Shown: one piece after another, positions 18,830 to 26,419 of the stretch
Position numbering within the stretch: the first letter of the stretch is position 1
Layout of the letters: each line of letters starts with the position of its first letter
Source of the DNA: Shigella phage vB_SdyM_006
Sequence record: MK295204
DNA: 64,000 nt
Reading direction: 5' to 3' (one strand)
The notes under the pieces: model-generated
The model's database searches: none
The model's input: the letters and a program-made list of their open reading frames with translations, nothing else
What the model was told of the DNA's origin: nothing
Made by a program: the position numbers and the translations under genes

Positions 18830-19937
18830 TTTTTACCTTAATATGATCTACTGGTTTAAGAATTTTACTATTACTGAACATGTAAATATGTGTAAAACTC
18901 TGATTATTAGACATTTCATGTATAACAGAATCTACATAAAAAGTACTTAAGAACTGATTCTTAGGGTCATAGAATTCTAATTTATTTCCAGGCGTTATAT
19001 CAAAATCCCCATAAGTTGTACATTTTGCATAGGAATCATATTGAGCCATTGTATTTAATTTAGTCGCTTCTTCATACCCATTTCTAAATAACTGATCTGA
19101 ATACCCGCCATTTCTCGAAACTAAAATAGAATTTTCGCCATTTCCATTCACTATCCTAGTACAAGTTTTATCAATCATACTAAAAGAATATATAGTCGAG
19201 TTTTCGTATGGGTTTCTATTATGAGAATTTGTTTTTGTTATCCATTCAAAATCATATGCAAGTGGATATTCAAGTTGATCTGCAAATTGTCCAACCATTA
19301 ACGGTTCTCCGACTACCATTTCCTTAACTTTTGAATTAATGATTTGTTGGAAATCTGTGACGTGGATCCCATTAAAATCATCCCAAACCAAAGCAAACAT
19401 ATCAGATGCAACAGAAATACCAGTATCTCTAACATAGTCCATATATTCCTTAATTCCAAGAACCCATGGAACTAAAGGAACGTGAATATTCGTGCCAGTG
19501 ATCGTAGGTTTCAATAAAGGGGTGTCGGTATATAAAACATTTATCATTTCTTCTATAGTCTCTGTGGCGTTCTTGAAGAACACTCGACTAAATTTAAGAT
19601 TTTTATTTTTATACGGTGGAATCAATTGCATTGTAATAATGTTATCGCCTTTTTGATCAACTGATACAGAAGAATATTTTACGGCATAAATTCTATTTTT
19701 AGTTATTGATGTATTTGCATTACCTACAGAAATTTGGATTATTTGGTCTCCATCTAATTTAGTATGCATATTTTTATGATCGTAAATTTGTAACATCCCT
19801 TCGTTGGTCCCGTATAAATCATCTCTAATTGTCAACGAAGTAAAAGTTCCTGCTAATTCTATAAATCGGTTTTCTAACCAAGCATCATAACTTTGGTATA
19901 ATTTTATCGATATATTAGGATAACCCACCTTTTGCAT
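18792..19937 (-). CDS. 27: baseplate hub protein
   Basis: 381 aa vs 391 in T4; position after gp51. Confidence 0.8.
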   Translation of the reverse strand: MQKVGYPNISIKLYQSYDAWLENRFIELAGTFTSLTIRDDLYGTNEGMLQIYDHKNMHTKLDGDQIIQISVGNANTSITKNRIYAVKYSSVSVDQKGDNIITMQLIPPYKNKNLKFSRVFFKNATETIEEMINVLYTDTPLLKPTITGTNIHVPLVPWVLGIKEYMDYVRDTGISVASDMFALVWDDFNGIHVTDFQQIINSKVKEMVVGEPLMVGQFADQLEYPLAYDFEWITKTNSHNRNPYENSTIYSFSMIDKTCTRIVNGNGENSILVSRNGGYSDQLFRNGYEEATKLNTMAQYDSYAKCTTYGDFDITPGNKLEFYDPKNQFLSTFYVDSVIHEMSNNQSFTHIYMFSNSKILKPVDHIKVKNEIKDNSSTEED

Positions 19938-20688
19938 GTTTTTTGTCCTTTAAATCTTTTTCTATTAATGCTAATGTGATTGTCCTGTTCATTGGGGTCA
20001 TTTTCTCTATATCGTTTAGAGAATAGCCTTGTTTAACCATGATATGATTAATTTTATAAAATGCTATAATTTCCTCTTCAGACAAAATTATTTTAAACAG
20101 GTCTAAAATGTTTCTATATACCATTTCGTGAGTATCACAACAACTAAATTTAACAGGGATATAAATTGGATATATCTCTTTTATTATTTGTTCAAAATCA
20201 TCTAGAGAAATAACAGACATAACAAGATTTTTATTCTCTTGGTCTAAATCTTCCCATATATAAGAACCATTATTGTCTTCAATTTTATATATACAGCTGT
20301 CAAATAATTTTTTTATATCAGTTGTCATTATATCTGTAAAATCAAAATGAATTTTTATTCCTGAAGTTTCTAGAACAGGTCTTTTAAGTCTTTTCAATTC
20401 TAAGTTTAAAAAGGTCTTCTTTTCTTTACCACATTTAGGGCATTTAAAACGTATAGGAAGAACAGATTTACCAATAGATGAAGTAAACCAAATTATAAAT
20501 GCATAAGCTCTATATATTTTTGGCATATAAGGAAATGACTCTTCTAATAATTCATCTAGTATTTGTTCTGCTTCTTCTTGATTTTTTTCTATTTCACTCC
20601 GTACAAATAATAATTGTAAATAATCATCATTAGTAAACTGACGAATTCTGTATGTTTTTTCTGGTGTGACTATTCTTATTATGTTCAT
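19915..20688 (-). CDS. 51: baseplate hub assembly protein
   Basis: 257 aa vs 249 in T4; divergently arranged from gp26 with a shared late-promoter region; contains CPKCG and CCDTHE motifs. Confidence 0.65.
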   Translation of the reverse strand: MNIIRIVTPEKTYRIRQFTNDDYLQLLFVRSEIEKNQEEAEQILDELLEESFPYMPKIYRAYAFIIWFTSSIGKSVLPIRFKCPKCGKEKKTFLNLELKRLKRPVLETSGIKIHFDFTDIMTTDIKKLFDSCIYKIEDNNGSYIWEDLDQENKNLVMSVISLDDFEQIIKEIYPIYIPVKFSCCDTHEMVYRNILDLFKIILSEEEIIAFYKINHIMVKQGYSLNDIEKMTPMNRTITLALIEKDLKDKKHAKGGLS

Positions 20689-20704
20689 AGTGTCTCCTCT
20701 TATT

Positions 20705-20712
20705 TATTTATA
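20705..20712 (-). promoter_or_regulatory. late promoter TATAAATA for gene 51 (divergent, overlapping)
   Basis: Exact octamer on minus strand 17 nt upstream of ATG 20688; overlaps the plus-strand octamer by 4 bp. Confidence 0.5.
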
Positions 20713-20716
20713 AATA
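20709..20716 (+). promoter_or_regulatory. late promoter TATAAATA for gene 26
   Basis: Exact octamer 18 nt upstream of ATG 20734. Confidence 0.6.
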
Positions 20717-20733
20717 GATAAAAAGGAGACACT

Positions 20734-21318
20734 ATGTTTGAAATAACATGTAACGACATAACATACAACGCTAGATATTTCACTCTAGACGAATACGAGG
20801 ACGTTCTTAATAAAATAACTGATAATAATATTAAAGACGCCATTAGTGGGCTCTTAATTGATTGTATAGACTCCTACGATACAAACTTGCCTAAACACTA
20901 TGCAGAATGTATTTTTCTTAAATTATGGGCTCACAGTTTAGGTGGAGTAACTAAAGAACTAAATGATATTTTTGTTAATTTTAATTATATAGAAACACCT
21001 AAAGAAAAAGGATTTATTTACAAATTAGATGGATTGAGTCTCAAAATGAGATATCCAAAATTATTTGAAGACTCTGATAAATTAGAAATGGTCATAAATT
21101 GTATTGACTCAGTATTATTAGAAGACCAAACAGAAATTAAAGCTTCAGAGCTTTCTTCAGATGATTTAAACGTTTTATATTCATACTTGACGAAAGACGT
21201 AATTTTTTCGTTAAGAGACGAATTACTTAGACCTAAACCGTATATCGCTTTTCCTGTTGATGACGAAATTAAAACAATAGAAGGGTTTAAAAATTTATTA
21301 GAGGTGATAGATGAGTAA
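20734..21318 (+). CDS. 26: baseplate hub subunit
   Basis: 194 aa vs 208 in T4; immediately upstream of gp25; TATAAATA late promoter 18 nt upstream. Confidence 0.7.
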   Translation: MFEITCNDITYNARYFTLDEYEDVLNKITDNNIKDAISGLLIDCIDSYDTNLPKHYAECIFLKLWAHSLGGVTKELNDIFVNFNYIETPKEKGFIYKLDGLSLKMRYPKLFEDSDKLEMVINCIDSVLLEDQTEIKASELSSDDLNVLYSYLTKDVIFSLRDELLRPKPYIAFPVDDEIKTIEGFKNLLEVIDE

Positions 21319-21697
21319 AATGAATGTTTTATATTCTGACTTAGACCCTAAAATGGAAAAAGGCTGGGATAAAGACCTGCATAAAGTCGTAGGAGATAGG
21401 GCTGTCAAAAATTCTATTCTAGGAATAATTAGTACTAGGAAAGGGTCTAGACCCTTTGACCCAGAATTTGGGTGTAATATAACAGACCAATTATTCGAAA
21501 ATATGAGTCCATTAATAGAAGACACTATAGAGCGATCTATAGTTTCGGCTATTAAAAATTATGAGCCAAGAGTACAAAGATTAAAAGTTTCTGTTACTGC
21601 ATTGTATGATTCAAATTCTATAGTTGTAGATATTATTTTTTCTATTGTAGATAATCCAGACACATTAGAACAGATAAAAGTTCAATTATCAAAATAG
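21311..21697 (+). CDS. 25: baseplate wedge protein (lysozyme-like fold)
   Basis: 128 aa; blocks LYSD-DP-M, TRKGSRPFDPEFGC and NYEPR--L-V match T4 gp25. Confidence 0.9.
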   Translation: MSKMNVLYSDLDPKMEKGWDKDLHKVVGDRAVKNSILGIISTRKGSRPFDPEFGCNITDQLFENMSPLIEDTIERSIVSAIKNYEPRVQRLKVSVTALYDSNSIVVDIIFSIVDNPDTLEQIKVQLSK

Positions 21698-21936
21698 TTT
21701 ACTATAGTTATTAATTTATTACTTAATAGTTATATATAATATATAAAGAACTTAATAAAATAATAAAAATTCTGGAGCTGCGCTCCAGATTTCTTTAGAA
21801 ATAGTAACATATAGTTATTAATTTATTACTTAATAGTTATATAGAATATACTATACTTTTAATAAATTAATTTACTAGAGTTACTATTAATAGGCTATTA
21901 TAATAAAATGGTTATAATGAATCATTTGGAGGAACT
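21698..21936. repeat. composite AT-rich intergenic repeat element, copy A (gp25/uvsY)
   Basis: Contains two copies of ATAGTTATTAATTTATTACTTAATAGTTATATA plus a stem-loop; near-identical modules at 58498..58703 in swapped order. Confidence 0.8.
21772..21788 (+). terminator. stem-loop inside composite repeat, downstream of gene 25
   Basis: CTGGAGC-TGC-GCTCCAG. Confidence 0.4.
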
Positions 21937-22347
21937 ATGAATTTAGAAGAATTACAAACAATGTTATCAGAAGATTTAAGAATTGATCCATTAAAACTTC
22001 AATATGAAGCTGCAAATAATCCAACATTATATGGAAAATGGTTAAAAATTTATTCTGATATAAAGAAAGGAATTATTTCTTATGAAGCTAATAAGAAAAA
22101 ACTTTTAAAACAAAGATTAGACCATTATACTGGACGTGGTGATGAAGTGTGTATGGACTTATATGAAAAATCAGAACTTAAAACTGTTATTGCAGCTGAC
22201 CCAGAAATTTTGAAAACACAAACATCTGTGGAATATAGAACATTATTATTGGATTTTGCATCAAAAGCTTTAGATGCTATTAAAGCCCGTGGATTTAGTA
22301 TTAAGCACATTCTAGAATGTAGACAATTTGAGGCAGGAACAAAATGA
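21937..22347 (+). CDS. uvsY: recombination mediator protein UvsY
   Basis: 136 aa; LQYEAANN, YTGRGDE, YEKSE-KTV, LLDF-S-ALDAIK-RGF-IKHI match T4 UvsY. Confidence 0.9.
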   Translation: MNLEELQTMLSEDLRIDPLKLQYEAANNPTLYGKWLKIYSDIKKGIISYEANKKKLLKQRLDHYTGRGDEVCMDLYEKSELKTVIAADPEILKTQTSVEYRTLLLDFASKALDAIKARGFSIKHILECRQFEAGTK

Positions 22348-22715
22348 CAAGCATTGATGTATTGAATCAACAGATTGATTTAGCTTCTTCAATTGAAGGA
22401 ATTACTGACAAAACTCCTGTAATAAAATCAATGAAACACTATTTAAGAGATATAAATAATATTAAGCCAATGGCTGAAGGTATACTTAAAAGTAATAAAT
22501 TACCTGATTATACATTATCTCAAATCATTGAAGAACTAAAAGGATGGGCTATGGACCATATTTGTGTAGTTTGTAAAAAGCCTATTGATGAGAGTTTAGT
22601 TATCTATAACGATAATAATGAACCTGTTCATCCGGGGCCTTGTTATAATTTTGCTAAAGAACAACCTGTAACAGAATCAGGTCATTCTTTAAATGAAGTA
22701 GAATTATTAATGTAA
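22344..22715 (+). CDS. hypothetical protein downstream of uvsY (UvsY.-2 position)
   Basis: 123 aa; overlaps uvsY stop by 4 nt. Confidence 0.5.
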   Translation: MTSIDVLNQQIDLASSIEGITDKTPVIKSMKHYLRDINNIKPMAEGILKSNKLPDYTLSQIIEELKGWAMDHICVVCKKPIDESLVIYNDNNEPVHPGPCYNFAKEQPVTESGHSLNEVELLM

Positions 22716-22720
22716 AAAAT

Positions 22721-22746
22721 AAAAGACGAGGGTTACTCGTCTTTTT
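22721..22746. terminator. bidirectional terminator between uvsY.-2 and uvsW.1
   Basis: AAAAGACGAG-GGTTA-CTCGTCTTTTT. Confidence 0.65.
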
Positions 22747-22954
22747 CTGTTTCTAAATCTTCTAATTCTAATCTCTTGCCTTCTAAGGCATCTCTTATAG
22801 AGATATCATCAGTATCTTTAATTTCTAATTCTTTTATACGTTTAGAATAATATTTTTCTAATTCGTCTAAACCAGCCAATGTTTGACATTCTCTTATTTT
22901 GTTCATAAAAGTTTCGACACTAGCTTCGATTAAAATATCTTTAAATTTTAACAT
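22733..22954 (-). CDS. small acidic protein downstream of uvsW (UvsW.1 position)
   Basis: 73 aa; overlaps uvsW 3' end by 7 nt. Confidence 0.5.
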   Translation of the reverse strand: MLKFKDILIEASVETFMNKIRECQTLAGLDELEKYYSKRIKELEIKDTDDISIRDALEGKRLELEDLETEKDE

Positions 22955-24453
22955 AATTTTACCTCTCTCATAGAATAATCAAATTGTTCACTTGCATACC
23001 TTTCTATACGTTCTAAAGCGTGTTTTAATGCATAATTTAAATGTACATATTTCTTTTTAGAATTTTTAGATTTAGGTTTTACACCCATGTCATCTACAAT
23101 GTCCCAAAGAACACCTTCAGCTTTAGAACCATGTAATCTAAGAACACGTCCAATAGATTGTAATACGGTTACTTTTGATTTAATTGGGTGTGCAAATATA
23201 ACATGGTGTAAATTTTTTATAGATACACCAGCACTGAAAACACCATAAGAAGCGACTACAACCATCCCTGAGCGTTTTTCTGCTAAGGCCTTTATAATAT
23301 CTCTATCTTTGTCTTTAACTTCTCCTGCGATAAAGAAGACGTTTTCTTCGCCATATATAGCCTTACATGCCTCGTATAGATCTTTACCATGGGCTATTCT
23401 ATCAAACATAACAAACACATTTTCATTTTTAGATGCTAATTTACATGCAAGTTTAGCTATCCATTCATTACGCTGTTTAGCTTTAATAATGATTTTAATT
23501 TCATCTTGATACGAAAATCCTTTAACTTTTTCTGTAAACGCATCCGGGTATCTTAAAAACAAAGTATTAATTTTAAGTTTAGACACTTGTCCTGCTTCCA
23601 TTAGTTCAGCCGTGGACACTGGTTTGTATATATCTCCAAATAATCCGATATATTGCATTACATTAGCTTTGCCATCTTTAACGGTTCCTGTTAGCCCGAA
23701 TTTAAATTTACAGTTGTTTAATCCGTTAATAATAGTACTAATACTTTTACCAGTCGCTAAATGACACTCATCATTCATTAACATTCCAAATTGACTAAAC
23801 CATTCTTTTGGTTGCTTAATAGCTGTCTGCCAGGTTGATACGTAAACCAAAGCATCAGAATCTTTAGCTGTACCGCCTTTTATTCCTAATAACATTTCTT
23901 TAGAAAATAGTCTATAGTCGACTAAGTCATCAATCATTTGTTTAACAAGAATAGTTGTTGGAACTAAAATTAAAACTTTACCTTGAAAGTTTTCTATATA
24001 ATAACGTGCTAAGAGCGCCTGGATCAACGATTTACCAGCTGATGTAGGTAAATTCAATAAAGCTCTATTTTGTGTTAAGCCTTTAACTACAGAATCTTTT
24101 TGATACCAATGAGGCGTTATCTTAGATGACCCAGAATATATTTCTTTAGAATCTATCCAATCAGAAACTTCTTTTTCAGTAATATCGCCATTATCATATA
24201 TTTTAGGATCCGTTTCTACAGTATAGTCCATATTAGAAGCAAACTTTTTAACATAGTTCACAAGCCCGTATGGTAATAAGCCGTCATACCCTAAAATTCT
24301 AATCTTGCCGTCCCATTGACCATATTTAAATTTTGGATTAAATTGGTACCCAGGAGTTTCGAAAGAGAAATAATCTCTTAATTCAAAGAACACAGAATCT
24401 TCACACTCGATTTTTACACTACTATAATCGTAAAACTTTAATTTAATATCCAT
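22948..24453 (-). CDS. uvsW: UvsW DNA helicase (SF2)
   Basis: Long identity runs with T4 UvsW (PTSAGKSLIQALLARYY, WFSQFGM-MNDECHLATGKSIS, KKKYVHLNY-LKH); start set at ATG 24453 (MDIKLKF), which lies downstream of a minus-strand TATAAATA. Confidence 0.92.
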   Translation of the reverse strand: MDIKLKFYDYSSVKIECEDSVFFELRDYFSFETPGYQFNPKFKYGQWDGKIRILGYDGLLPYGLVNYVKKFASNMDYTVETDPKIYDNGDITEKEVSDWIDSKEIYSGSSKITPHWYQKDSVVKGLTQNRALLNLPTSAGKSLIQALLARYYIENFQGKVLILVPTTILVKQMIDDLVDYRLFSKEMLLGIKGGTAKDSDALVYVSTWQTAIKQPKEWFSQFGMLMNDECHLATGKSISTIINGLNNCKFKFGLTGTVKDGKANVMQYIGLFGDIYKPVSTAELMEAGQVSKLKINTLFLRYPDAFTEKVKGFSYQDEIKIIIKAKQRNEWIAKLACKLASKNENVFVMFDRIAHGKDLYEACKAIYGEENVFFIAGEVKDKDRDIIKALAEKRSGMVVVASYGVFSAGVSIKNLHHVIFAHPIKSKVTVLQSIGRVLRLHGSKAEGVLWDIVDDMGVKPKSKNSKKKYVHLNYALKHALERIERYASEQFDYSMREVKLC

Positions 24454-24467
24454 TACTTTCACCTTGT

Positions 24468-24475
24468 TATAAATA
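24468..24475 (+). promoter_or_regulatory. late promoter TATAAATA for inh-like/hoc-like genes
   Basis: Exact octamer 33 nt upstream of ATG 24509. Confidence 0.6.
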
Positions 24476-24481
24476 CATATA

Positions 24482-24489
24482 TATTTATA
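24482..24489 (-). promoter_or_regulatory. late promoter TATAAATA for uvsW
   Basis: Exact octamer on minus strand 28 nt upstream of ATG 24453. Confidence 0.6.
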
Positions 24490-24508
24490 CAAAGCCTAAG
24501 AGGACATT

Positions 24509-25222
24509 ATGAAAATTGATCAACAATATATTGATTCTTTAACTGAAGAATATACTTCAGGCGAAATTGATAGAAAAACAGCTAAACAAAAATTAACAGA
24601 TTATGCTAAAGAATCTTTTAATTTTGATTTAAACAAACAAAAAAGTTTTGAGAATATGATTGTTCAGCTTAAAGAAATGATCGATAATTATGTAGAACCC
24701 GAATTAGAAGAACAAGATGGAATTTCTATTAAAGATCTAATTACCGCAGCTGACCAATTAGATGGTAAAAGTGTTTTTAATGATGCCAATGAAGAAGCAT
24801 TAGAATTACTTTCAGATGTTTCTTATGATGGAATTAAACCAGATTTGGTAATTAAAACACCCCAACCACAAATTACTAAAGAAGAAATTATTGATAAACC
24901 AGAAAAATCTTTAATAAGTAAGAATTTAGAAGTTAAAGAAGAAATTAAATCCCAAGAATATATGCCGGAATCGGCAAAATATGTTCTTCCTGATGGGTTC
25001 TCTCCAACTATTACATTAATTGGTAAAACTCCTGGATATTATACTCTTCCATGGTGGATTTATCAATGGATTTTAGAAAATGAAGATTGGAAAGATAGGC
25101 CAGAAGAATGCCCCGAGTATTCAGCTATTAATATTTTAAAATCATTGATTTACTTTATTAATAGAGATGGACAGGTCAAAATTAGAGAAACAAGAAATTC
25201 AAGATTTTATACCCTAAAATAA
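24509..25222 (+). CDS. hypothetical late protein (position of T4 inh)
   Basis: 237 aa; TATAAATA late promoter 33 nt upstream; assignment to Inh is positional only. Confidence 0.35.
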   Translation: MKIDQQYIDSLTEEYTSGEIDRKTAKQKLTDYAKESFNFDLNKQKSFENMIVQLKEMIDNYVEPELEEQDGISIKDLITAADQLDGKSVFNDANEEALELLSDVSYDGIKPDLVIKTPQPQITKEEIIDKPEKSLISKNLEVKEEIKSQEYMPESAKYVLPDGFSPTITLIGKTPGYYTLPWWIYQWILENEDWKDRPEECPEYSAINILKSLIYFINRDGQVKIRETRNSRFYTLK

Positions 25223-25231
25223 GGATTATAT

Positions 25232-26056
25232 ATGAGTATAGTACTAAAATTAACACCAGAGAACCCTAAAATTACTATAGGAGAATCTCAAGAATTCACC
25301 ATGACTACAGAGAATCAAACAGATGAGACTCTAAAATATGAATGGTATATTAATGAAGACATATATGAAGCCACAAATAAAAATATGACATATACACCTG
25401 ATAAATCAGGTGAATTTATTATAAAATGTAAAGTATCTTCTTTAGGATTAGAAGGGGAAACCGTTTTAGGCGAAGAATCCACCACTTTAACTGTAAATCT
25501 TAAAACTATAACCGATTTGACGACAAATATTACAGGCCCAAAAGAAGCAGAATATGGCGAAGAATTTGAACTTGTTGTAAATGCTGAAACTACAGCAGAA
25601 TCTCCTAAATATACATATAAATGGTCTAGTGGTGAAACTACAAAAAAAATAAAGGTAATTGAATCTGAAGAAGGTGAAAAAACTTTTACATGTACAGTAA
25701 CATGTAAATCAACTAATTATGAACCCGCTACTTCAACATCAGAACATAAAGTTTCTATATCAAAACCCGTAGTTCCTGAACCAGATCCGTCTTGTGAATC
25801 ATGTAGATATATTCATCCTTTAGACCATAGAGAATCAGCATATTTATGGGTAGGATACTGGGTACTAGAAGAAATAGAAAAAGCCGTGGAAGAAGGAATT
25901 GATTGGAAGAAGCCAGATGATACTGATCTAAAATATAAATGTGATTTGAAGACCCTCGCATTTATGTTAGAAAAATACCCTAATGTAGATGTACAAGAAT
26001 CAAGAAATGGATATATCTTATCTAAAGACGATATTGAAAATGGGGTTATTTACTAA
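25232..26056 (+). CDS. Ig-like domain protein, possible Hoc-like capsid decoration
   Basis: 274 aa; two roughly 90 aa repeats with Ig-like beta-strand patterns plus a C-terminal domain; position next to the inh-like gene. Confidence 0.4.
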   Translation: MSIVLKLTPENPKITIGESQEFTMTTENQTDETLKYEWYINEDIYEATNKNMTYTPDKSGEFIIKCKVSSLGLEGETVLGEESTTLTVNLKTITDLTTNITGPKEAEYGEEFELVVNAETTAESPKYTYKWSSGETTKKIKVIESEEGEKTFTCTVTCKSTNYEPATSTSEHKVSISKPVVPEPDPSCESCRYIHPLDHRESAYLWVGYWVLEEIEKAVEEGIDWKKPDDTDLKYKCDLKTLAFMLEKYPNVDVQESRNGYILSKDDIENGVIY

Positions 26057-26060
26057 ACAA

Positions 26061-26090
26061 AAAAGGGACCAATTGGTCCCTTTTTATTTT
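26061..26090. terminator. bidirectional terminator after hoc-like gene
   Basis: A-run, GGGACC-AATT-GGTCCC, T-run. Confidence 0.7.
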
Positions 26091-26359
26091 TATTTTCTAA
26101 AGATCTTACCAAATTTGCTAATCACAAAATTCTCACCAACTTTAATATCGATACGAATAGAAACATGTCCTATTGTATCAGTATTCAACATATCACTTAA
26201 AGACATTGAAGAATGTCTTTCGAAATCTTCAACAATATTAAACCCATCATTATCACAATGAGTGTCAATAAATTCTTTAAGCTTTACTGAGCTTCCTTCA
26301 GATAAAATAGGGTCATTATAGAAACGACAAGATGATTCAAATAATTTTAAAGTAACCAT
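26090..26359 (-). CDS. hypothetical protein downstream of alt
   Basis: Start set at ATG preceded by AAGGAG (MVTLKLFE...); about 89 aa. Confidence 0.4.
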   Translation of the reverse strand: MVTLKLFESSCRFYNDPILSEGSSVKLKEFIDTHCDNDGFNIVEDFERHSSMSLSDMLNTDTIGHVSIRIDIKVGENFVISKFGKIFRK

Positions 26360-26419
26360 GATATTCTCCTTTGTTGTTGATGTAAGTATAGTAACACTAC
26401 ACAAAGGAGATGTAAACAA

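Larger units (their letters stand above)
20686..20736. repeat. perfect 13-bp inverted repeat spanning the divergent gene 51 and gene 26 start sites
   Basis: CATAGTGTCTCCT (20686-20698) and AGGAGACACTATG (20724-20736) are exact reverse complements; each holds SD plus start codon. Confidence 0.8.

Noticed and set aside
21698-21936. Possible CRISPR array or tRNA in the AT-rich repeat regions
   Set aside because: Repeats are long, AT-rich and not regularly spaced with unique spacers; no cloverleaf-compatible GC-rich segments; no tRNA-like sequence seen anywhere in the window.
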